From a virus, in the IMG/VR virus record IMGVR_UViG_3300042197_002234, positions 131,528 through 195,527 of that record: 64,000 bases of DNA; one strand, written 5' to 3'. Below, in pieces: positions 57,288 through 64,000 of the stretch. A program made the position numbers and the translations under genes. Under the pieces are notes generated by a model, which saw only the letters and a program-made list of their open reading frames with translations, made no database searches and was not told where the DNA came from. Positions within the stretch are counted from its first letter, which is position 1. Each line of letters opens with the position of its first letter.

Positions 57288-57291
57288 ATTA

Positions 57292-57555
57292 TTAAATAAT
57301 GTCAATATTTTGAACCCACTCTGAAGTTATCAATATATTCATAATTTCATTATACGTATATGGACCCTCAGAAGTCGTTAATTGTTGTACTGAAGGTGGT
57401 ATTGCGTTTCCTTCCCATTTAACAAATGTTTTTGTTTGGTCAACAGATTTTCTTACTGTGTCAATATCAGTCTCTAAAACTTCATTAAAATTTATTTTGT
57501 TTAGTTCTGACACATTAAAAATCATATACTCTCTATCTTCAAATTCATCAACCAT
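57292..57555 (-). CDS. Hypothetical protein
   Basis: ETD.DTVRKSVD.TKTFVKW pattern; next to LamG gene. Confidence 0.6.
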   Translation of the reverse strand: MVDEFEDREYMIFNVSELNKINFNEVLETDIDTVRKSVDQTKTFVKWEGNAIPPSVQQLTTSEGPYTYNEIMNILITSEWVQNIDII

Positions 57556-57569
57556 ATTAATAAATATTT

Positions 57570-58604
57570 TTATAAACCAAATCTATCTTTTTGAGCATTA
57601 TAATTTTGTGTAACTTCACTTGCGGATAATACTTTATTATAAAATAATGCGTTTGCCATATTTCCAGGTAAAAAACCATAAACACTTAAACTACTAAAGA
57701 AGTTAGCCCCTAAAAGTGTATATGTTGGATTAGTTGGAAATGCAATAGTTGCGGTATTAACAATGGTTGTTAACGGCATGTCAACACCATTTACGTATAT
57801 TTTATAACTCGATGCGGTTCTTGTAAAAACTATATTATACCATCCAGGTGTCCAACTATTTTGTTGGGTGTATACTCTACCTCTAATACTCCCCCCACTA
57901 ACTAATAAACTACCTAAAGTTCCTACATAACCCGCATCAGAAGCGAAATAAACTATACCCCGATTGCTATTATCAGTGTAGGAACCAAATAAAAATTGAC
58001 CAACTGCAGTGTTAGATGTGTTAAATGTTGTTGTCCTGTAGAACCAAAAAGATATTGTACTTGTTGTTGAAATCGCATTACCTATTGCGGTATTAATACT
58101 AACATAATCGTTAGTTCCATCAAACGATATTGTACCTCCTGTGGCAGAATTAAAGGTCGCTCCGTTGGTCAATGTTCCTGTTCTCCCATTTGGACCTAAA
58201 TCATACCAAGATGAACCGTTTTGTGGATATGAAGGTAAAAATCCAGCGTCAAGATTCAAGACCAATCCATCAGTAACAATATTTTCATAGTCTCTCTGAA
58301 CAACCATTTTATCGGATTGTGTTTGGAAATAGTTAAAACATTGTGTTACTGATGTATATGATTGAGATGCAATTTGATTAGTTATCGCAATTAATTCAGC
58401 ATCGTTATTCGCAACTCTTATACTTGGTCCATTATTAGCTTTGTTAACATATATGGTATACCCATTTGTGGGTGGTGTTATACCATGCCAATAGTCGGTA
58501 CTAGATGTTGGTCCTTTTGGTACATCACCAACACCAATCCAATAGTTACCAACTTTTAAAGCTAGTGATTGAGCACTTGAAGAGTATTTTATTGCATTTG
58601 CCAT
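57570..58604 (-). CDS. Concanavalin A-like/LamG domain protein
   Basis: IVTDGLVLNLDAG..SYP...WYDL, FDGTNDYV, FYNKVLSASEVTQNYNA. Confidence 0.8.
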   Translation of the reverse strand: MANAIKYSSSAQSLALKVGNYWIGVGDVPKGPTSSTDYWHGITPPTNGYTIYVNKANNGPSIRVANNDAELIAITNQIASQSYTSVTQCFNYFQTQSDKMVVQRDYENIVTDGLVLNLDAGFLPSYPQNGSSWYDLGPNGRTGTLTNGATFNSATGGTISFDGTNDYVSINTAIGNAISTTSTISFWFYRTTTFNTSNTAVGQFLFGSYTDNSNRGIVYFASDAGYVGTLGSLLVSGGSIRGRVYTQQNSWTPGWYNIVFTRTASSYKIYVNGVDMPLTTIVNTATIAFPTNPTYTLLGANFFSSLSVYGFLPGNMANALFYNKVLSASEVTQNYNAQKDRFGL

Positions 58605-58609
58605 ATTAA

Positions 58610-58951
58610 TTAGTGTATGTAACCATGTTTAGAGGAGAAAACAAATCCTTCGCCATCACCACAATCAAAAAATAACATTACTTTATTACCACCAATATTA
58701 AATGGGTTATCACTAACATTAGTTAGTGAAGCCATTTTAAATAAAGTTTTTACTTCAGTGTCAATCTCCATCATTTCTTCGGTTGATAAACATTCATTTG
58801 TTACAATGTTTACAAAGTAGCTGTCACCTCTAAAGTCACTAGCAATGACTTCAATATCTTCTATGTGAGATAATTTATTATATTTAGGTAATATAACTTT
58901 TTCAATTAATTTTTTTAAAACTTCTGAATTATCTTTAAAATCCACTTTCAT
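58610..58951 (-). CDS. Hypothetical protein
   Basis: 113-aa ORF. Confidence 0.6.
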   Translation of the reverse strand: MKVDFKDNSEVLKKLIEKVILPKYNKLSHIEDIEVIASDFRGDSYFVNIVTNECLSTEEMMEIDTEVKTLFKMASLTNVSDNPFNIGGNKVMLFFDCGDGEGFVFSSKHGYIH

Positions 58952-58953
58952 AA

Positions 58954-59556
58954 TTATAAAGAATCTTTAACTATGTTATAAAAAAACTCACTTATTTTTT
59001 CGGGTGAATTAACATTATTTTGTTTTAACATTCTTCTGTAATTAACGACCATGGCTTTTATCTGATTTGGGTGAAAATTTTTATAAGGTTGTGGTGGTAC
59101 AAATGAAGAATTTATTAATCCTAATTTTTGTAATTCTCTTATTTTTCTAGCAGCAAAATCATCAGCAACAATTTCAGTTTTTCTCATGAAATCGGCTGCT
59201 TCGTCATCCGATATTTCACCAATATAACATTCGTACATTTTGTCTTTACCGTATTTTTTAAATTGGTATTGGTGAGCAATTTCATGAAATACAATATATA
59301 ATAAATTTTCAAGACCTTGATTTAAAACAACCTGATTTATCAAAACACCATCATGTAAAGCTATACCCATCGCAGGCATTTTAAATTTAGCAAACTCTAT
59401 TTTTTCACAATCCGATTTTCTAATAAATTCTTCAACTTTGTTTCTTAATTCATCACTCATTTTGTAAGTTCTATCTATCGTATTTAAAAACGAAGATATA
59501 CCGTCACCATTTTCTTCCTTTATTAATTTTATTATTTTGAAAACCAAACTATCCAT
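58954..59556 (-). CDS. HExxH putative metallopeptidase with IKE leader
   Basis: FHEIAHQYQ...EIVADDFA. Confidence 0.65.
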   Translation of the reverse strand: MDSLVFKIIKLIKEENGDGISSFLNTIDRTYKMSDELRNKVEEFIRKSDCEKIEFAKFKMPAMGIALHDGVLINQVVLNQGLENLLYIVFHEIAHQYQFKKYGKDKMYECYIGEISDDEAADFMRKTEIVADDFAARKIRELQKLGLINSSFVPPQPYKNFHPNQIKAMVVNYRRMLKQNNVNSPEKISEFFYNIVKDSL

Positions 59557-59569
59557 AAAAATAAATATC

Positions 59570-59971
59570 TTAATCCGTGAACATAAAATCTAATTCAAAA
59601 TAAATTTCGTCATCTTTATGAGATGTTTCAATTTTACTAACTAAACCCTCAACATTATAGAAAATACCACCAAGTGTTTTTGTAGACTTAAGATTACCAT
59701 TATCGTCAAATGATATTTTAGATAATAAGTTATTTAATTTACTTCTAACCATTTGACATGCTGTAATAAATTCATCAAAAGTTTGTTCTGAATACATTGT
59801 TAGTTTAATTTCTATTAAAACCATGTACAAATGATTTGTGTTTTCATTATAATCCATATCTATAATAGATATATCAAGTGAATTAAAATCAGGTTCACTG
59901 GCATAAATTAAAGACTTTATCTTTTGTATTGAGTTTTTTAAATTAACTTTAAATTCTGCTTTAGTTGTCAT
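59570..59971 (-). CDS. Hypothetical protein
   Basis: 133-aa ORF. Confidence 0.55.
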   Translation of the reverse strand: MTTKAEFKVNLKNSIQKIKSLIYASEPDFNSLDISIIDMDYNENTNHLYMVLIEIKLTMYSEQTFDEFITACQMVRSKLNNLLSKISFDDNGNLKSTKTLGGIFYNVEGLVSKIETSHKDDEIYFELDFMFTD

Positions 59972-60293
59972 TTTTGTTATATTTTAATTTTTGTTCTTCG
60001 TACCACCATTTTTGACTATTATAACTATCTATAGTACTATTAGAAACTGAAATATCTAATCTAAAATTATCAAAAAGTTTTTTTATAGTTGATTTAATAT
60101 CTCTTGATATATCAAATAGTTTATCAGAGTCTTCACGTTTAAATGGTTTTTCAAACAACATAGTTATGTGTATTTGCTCACCATATTCACTTGGGTAAAT
60201 ATCTACAGCAACACCGCTGAAATCTTTTGGTTTGTTAAATCCACTCAAAAGACTCTTTACCATATTGGTAATCATAATTTCTTTTTTATTCAT
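59961..60293 (-). CDS. Hypothetical protein
   Basis: 110-aa ORF coupled to neighbours. Confidence 0.55.
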   Translation of the reverse strand: MNKKEIMITNMVKSLLSGFNKPKDFSGVAVDIYPSEYGEQIHITMLFEKPFKREDSDKLFDISRDIKSTIKKLFDNFRLDISVSNSTIDSYNSQKWWYEEQKLKYNKNDN

Positions 60294-60655
60294 TAAAACT
60301 CACCTATTAATTCGTCGTTTATGTTATATACGAAAACTTCCCTAAAAAAATCATTAGGATTTAAACTAAGATATTTTAACATTTCATCAACATGATGGTG
60401 AGCCATCCATGAAAAATCCATATCACGATACTCACTAGTCCAATAATCTTCTTTAGTTATTCCTTCAGGTATCGTAGTATAGACATTAATCTCATAATTT
60501 AAAAATGTAATCCAACCTCTCATTTGTTTTTCGGGTCCTTCAATTTTAATATATCTAATTACAGGATATATTTTTGGCATTAATTCATTTAACATTCGTT
60601 CTAATAAATGAATTCTCTTTGAATTAACCTTGTCTTTATTTAAGTCAGATTCCAT
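60293..60655 (-). CDS. Hypothetical protein
   Basis: 120-aa ORF; ATATTTAT upstream. Confidence 0.6.
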   Translation of the reverse strand: MESDLNKDKVNSKRIHLLERMLNELMPKIYPVIRYIKIEGPEKQMRGWITFLNYEINVYTTIPEGITKEDYWTSEYRDMDFSWMAHHHVDEMLKYLSLNPNDFFREVFVYNINDELIGEF

Positions 60656-60667
60656 ACTATATAAATA

Positions 60668-61234
60668 TTAAGAAATACTAATTGGTATTTTAATTTTTGA
60701 CCCATCTGTTTTAGAATAGACCCCGTGTTGTGGTTTAAGAGACATTTCACCATATTTACTACCTAACGTATCAATATATTTTTTACCCATACCAGGTTTG
60801 AGATAAGCTATTGTCATGTGTGGATGATAATCAGGATAATCAGTTGTGTATGGAAATTGTTTTAAATCCTCATTTGTATCATGTAAACTATCACCTGAAA
60901 CATCAAATTTTAATACATCGTATTTTTCATTATTAAAACACGATAAATTGTGACCTTTACATGTACCATATGTGTGTTTGTCTAAAACATTTTGAATATC
61001 ATCGTCAGTAACATTATCGTGTAACCCATAAAGTAATGTACAATGAGGCTCACCTTCAATTCCATAACCATCACCTTCAACATATAAATCTTCAAGGTCT
61101 ATTTGAGAGTGAATATCTTTAACTTGATTATCATCAAAATATAACATTACACACCCATAAGGATAAACCTGTTTGTTTTCATTAAGTCCCATAATTCTTT
61201 TTATTTTACTAATTTGTTCATTAAGTGTTTTCAT
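60668..61234 (-). CDS. 2H phosphoesterase (T4 57B/Acb1-like) with LNE leader
   Basis: Two HxT motifs: EPHCTLLYG and YHPHMTIAY; YGCVML N-terminal strand. Confidence 0.75.
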   Translation of the reverse strand: MKTLNEQISKIKRIMGLNENKQVYPYGCVMLYFDDNQVKDIHSQIDLEDLYVEGDGYGIEGEPHCTLLYGLHDNVTDDDIQNVLDKHTYGTCKGHNLSCFNNEKYDVLKFDVSGDSLHDTNEDLKQFPYTTDYPDYHPHMTIAYLKPGMGKKYIDTLGSKYGEMSLKPQHGVYSKTDGSKIKIPISIS

Positions 61235-61236
61235 AT

Positions 61237-61881
61237 TTATTTATTATTTACATCATAGAAAAAATCATCAGAGTCGTCAACCGCCCATTTGTTTCCATCT
61301 TCACAATAAAACTCTTTTGTTGAAACTTTAAAGTCTGGTATTTTAATCCCACCTGGCGTTAAAGATTGGTCGTGGAATAATACTCTGTTATTTGGTTGTG
61401 CGGCGAACTGTCCGTTTTCTAATTTTATTATATTGAATGATTTGTGTTCGTTTGGTGTTTCAGATAAAGAAACATTTAATTCGTTTGGTTCTGAGTGACA
61501 TGAATCTATTGTAAACAAATAAGTACCATTGTATTGTTTTTTATTCTTCATAAAAACCTTACATGTTAAACCTGACAATGTTGATTTCTTTATAACAGAT
61601 ATGTTGTATGAGAAAGCGTCCCAAATTTCTAAGAAGTCTAAAGGTAATTGTTCTTCTGTTTTTATATCTGTTTTCCAAACATATGCTGATATTGGTAACT
61701 TATCATACAAAGCTCCATAGTTGGTTAAATAAGATTCAAAGTATAAAGCTTTACCCTTAATAGATTTTACCGATACCCAATAACAAGGTTCAAATTCACC
61801 AAAACCTTTTTCAAAGTCATAAAGATATTCTTTTTTTATAAAACATTGGATTGGTGGTAAATTGGCAACTAAATAACTCAT
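61237..61881 (-). CDS. Conserved phage hypothetical protein
   Basis: 214-aa ORF, LPPI...KEYL...GALYDKLPISA...AQPNNR. Confidence 0.65.
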   Translation of the reverse strand: MSYLVANLPPIQCFIKKEYLYDFEKGFGEFEPCYWVSVKSIKGKALYFESYLTNYGALYDKLPISAYVWKTDIKTEEQLPLDFLEIWDAFSYNISVIKKSTLSGLTCKVFMKNKKQYNGTYLFTIDSCHSEPNELNVSLSETPNEHKSFNIIKLENGQFAAQPNNRVLFHDQSLTPGGIKIPDFKVSTKEFYCEDGNKWAVDDSDDFFYDVNNK

Positions 61882-62270
61882 AAATTATCATAAACATTAA
61901 CTAATATATCAAAAACTTCTTTAAGTATTTCTTCAGGTAAATTGTAGTATGATATTCCATATTCACCACCGTGCGATTGATATTTATATCCTTCCCAAAC
62001 ATCAACAACTACTTTGTTAAGACCAAGATGAACTATTTCGTGATATTCTTGACCAATTTCTTTAAGAAAAATAGGTTCTTCATCAATTTCATGTAAAGCG
62101 ACACCACCAACTTCACTTGTTGTTTCTTTTATAAATCTAAGAATATCATCCAATTTTAAATTTTCAACACCATTAATCATATTAAATACTTTATGTATTG
62201 AAACTCCTAAAAATTTTGGCGTATTATATAAACCAACTTCGTCAATTAATTTTAAAACCCTATCTTTCAT
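61878..62270 (-). CDS. Hypothetical protein
   Basis: 130-aa ORF coupled to neighbours. Confidence 0.6.
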   Translation of the reverse strand: MKDRVLKLIDEVGLYNTPKFLGVSIHKVFNMINGVENLKLDDILRFIKETTSEVGGVALHEIDEEPIFLKEIGQEYHEIVHLGLNKVVVDVWEGYKYQSHGGEYGISYYNLPEEILKEVFDILVNVYDNL

Positions 62271-62680
62271 TAAAACTCTTTTTCTTCTAAGTTAATAAAC
62301 TTAACTGACAGTGGTGTGCCGTATCGAGTAATTGGAATACCAAAAACATCCTCTATATAATCATAAACTTTATTACCTACGTCTCGTTTTTCACTATAAG
62401 TTAATTCAACAAATTTTAGAGTTATTAAATAAGATTTACCAACATACGGACTTGCCTTACCTTTTTCCTCATCATAAACCCAAGTTGACCCATACGCGGT
62501 TGATTTTTCACCAACACTTATGTCATATAATTTTTCATCAGATAAATTTTCTTGTAAAAACTTAATCAGTTTAGGAATTGTTTTTTCAACCCTATCAAGC
62601 ATTCGTGTTCGTTTCTCAATAAACTCTTGAGTACTTTCTTCAGATTGTTCACGCAATACTTTTTTGATTATTTCTTTCAT
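62270..62680 (-). CDS. MKEIIKKVLRE-leader protein
   Basis: Leader; ATATTTAT upstream. Confidence 0.6.
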   Translation of the reverse strand: MKEIIKKVLREQSEESTQEFIEKRTRMLDRVEKTIPKLIKFLQENLSDEKLYDISVGEKSTAYGSTWVYDEEKGKASPYVGKSYLITLKFVELTYSEKRDVGNKVYDYIEDVFGIPITRYGTPLSVKFINLEEKEF

Positions 62681-62831
62681 TAACAATAAATATCAATAAA
62701 TAGGATTTAGTCCCACCCATCGTTATTCGTGTGCTTATTTTTTCTATCTTGACTTGAGAATAGTAGTACAATAACAAGCAAGGTTAACAACGTGATTTCC
62801 ATACTACGAAGATAATACTTAAAGTTTAATA

Positions 62832-63959
62832 TTACAAACCGTATTTAGATTTTGTTGCGTTAAAGTTTTGACTAATTTCTGAGGTATTTAAACCTTTGGT
62901 ATAGAAATAACAAGCACCTATTTTACCATTTAAATAAAGAGAGCTAATACCAGAACCAATCCATCCTAAATACAGTGGATTAGTTTCACCATATGTATCA
63001 GTTCCATGGGCATTACTTCCATACTCTGTTTCATTAATGTAAACTAATGTTGTGTTTGAGGTTGATGTTATTTGAGAAATAAACGTAAATAAATACCACG
63101 TATTAATATTAACTGTTAGTGTTGAAGTTGTGACTCTTTGTAATGATGTTCCATTTGTGACAACCCTAACAGTTCCAGTGTTTGAAAATAAACCACCCCA
63201 ATAACCGTCAAAGCCAGACGCACTTGATAACTTACCAAATACAGGTACTTGGGTTCCTGCAGCAGGTAGAGTGTCAAATTTAACCCAAACTTGAATTGTT
63301 TTTTGAATTGTTGTTGATAATGATAAAGAAGAATTGTGTGGAATTGAAATAGTATCATTAGAACCATCAAAATCAAATATACCACCGTCAGTAGATGACC
63401 ATGTAGCACCATTAATAGTTGCGTTATTTCCATTACCAGTTTCATCTAACCATAATCCACTTACATAGTTAGTGGCATCTAATTCCATAAATAAATCACT
63501 TTGAACTATTCCCCCGCCTGATGGTGATGGTGTTGGAGTAACTGTTGGTGTTGGGGTAACTGTTGGTGTTGGGGTAACTGTTGGTGTTGGGGTAGGTGAA
63601 ACACTAATCCATGAAGTCCAATACCCATTATTGTTTAAATAAGTTTTACAATCATCTCCAGTTGCAAAAGATTGATTAAAAAGTTGATTAACTAAATCAA
63701 CAAAAGATTGTTCAGTTTTAGCAGTACTTCTTTTAAACCCAACATAAGCAGGAATCCCTAACTGATTTGGTTGTGTACCACCGCTAATAGGTACACAAAT
63801 AACATAGCCTAAATCTTCATCGGGACCATTCCACCATTGAACTCCACCTGGTTGTTCTGAATAATCTAAAGAATCAACACCAATCGCTAAGTCACCAAGT
63901 TGTTCAGTACCTGAAATTGTATTACCTGTATTATATGCGAATGGTCTTGCGGTCGGCAT
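62832..63959 (-). CDS. LamG-domain protein with Pro/Thr linker
   Basis: N-terminal WWNGPDE domain, (PTPTVT)n linker, ELDA...FDFDGSND...YTKGLNTSEISQNFNA. Confidence 0.8.
   Translation of the reverse strand: MPTARPFAYNTGNTISGTEQLGDLAIGVDSLDYSEQPGGVQWWNGPDEDLGYVICVPISGGTQPNQLGIPAYVGFKRSTAKTEQSFVDLVNQLFNQSFATGDDCKTYLNNNGYWTSWISVSPTPTPTVTPTPTVTPTPTVTPTPSPSGGGIVQSDLFMELDATNYVSGLWLDETGNGNNATINGATWSSTDGGIFDFDGSNDTISIPHNSSLSLSTTIQKTIQVWVKFDTLPAAGTQVPVFGKLSSASGFDGYWGGLFSNTGTVRVVTNGTSLQRVTTSTLTVNINTWYLFTFISQITSTSNTTLVYINETEYGSNAHGTDTYGETNPLYLGWIGSGISSLYLNGKIGACYFYTKGLNTSEISQNFNATKSKYGL
63541..63594. repeat. 18-nt tandem repeat x3 encoding TPTPTV linker
   Basis: ACTGTTGGTGTTGGGGTA repeated three times. 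Confidence 0.85.
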
Positions 63960-64000
63960 TTAGTAAAATAAATTATATTTCTTTTATTTTTATAACTTTA

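Noticed and set aside
3615-63445. Shadow ORFs (e.g. 3615, 4587, 5463, 5842, 6891, 10750, 13842, 14443, 16552, 16979, 17437, 18679, 21081, 21148, 22600, 24245, 29046, 30713, 33779, 35022, 35524, 36073, 40014, 41402, 42080, 43658, 45704, 49348, 49566, 51045, 52783, 55887, 56432, 61529, 62332, 63116)
   Set aside because: They are antisense or alternate-frame overlaps of better-supported genes, with Ser/Phe/Leu-rich composition typical of non-coding frames.
63541-63594. CRISPR-like repeat in the LamG gene
   Set aside because: Contiguous 18-nt tandem repeat without spacers, encoding a Pro/Thr linker.
1-64000. cas genes (cas1, cas2, cas9, cas13) to go with the mini-arrays
   Set aside because: No ORF of suitable size or with recognisable Cas motifs in this window; they could lie elsewhere in the phage or in the host.
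1-64000. Stop-codon reassignment as in some huge phages
   Set aside because: Conserved genes (dnaK, thyA, clpP, purA, ppk2) are full-length in the standard code, and TAA, TAG and TGA all serve as stops.
1-64000. Bacterial chromosome or eukaryotic giant virus origin (because of dnaK, clpP, purA, aaRS-like genes)
   Set aside because: Housekeeping genes are isolated among more than 100 short orphan ORFs, without grpE/dnaJ/clpX operon context; phage lysis enzymes and bacterial promoters fit a jumbo phage.

Overview
Gene-dense, AT-rich (roughly 30% GC by eye), standard-code segment of a very large double-stranded DNA phage genome. The host is almost certainly a Bacteroidetes/Flavobacteria cell, because many genes and RNAs carry the TAnnTTTG -7 promoter element. 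No core capsid, replication or cas genes are present. The window holds about 115 mostly short ORFs, including host-like auxiliary genes (dnaK, clpP, FKBP PPIase, guaC/guaB-like, purA, thyA, ppk2, a catalytic-domain-only class II aaRS, LpxH-like and GT2 genes), three peptidoglycan hydrolases, HNH nucleases, five HExxH proteins, a 2H phosphoesterase and an atypical 120-nt tRNA-like gene. Two promoter classes divide the genes: TAnnTTTG (host sigma) and (A/G)TATTTAT. The second class drives dozens of unrelated proteins that share short N-terminal leaders (MKIIITE.., MNLQE.IRRILRE.., MxKIVRLTExDL..). The standout observation is at 42.3-45.6 kb: five CRISPR-like mini-arrays with 36-nt repeats, 4-bp inverted ends (GTTG..CAAC or GGTG..CACC) and unique 29-30-nt spacers, matching type VI-B/Cas13b-like geometry. 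They are embedded in the 3' coding ends of a small paralogous protein family, so the first repeat encodes the family's conserved C-terminal motif (WVEHTLQMEV / WVEEVLNCKV) and the spacers encode variable tails. A G-tract-rich, largely non-coding region at 47-49 kb is a candidate replication origin.
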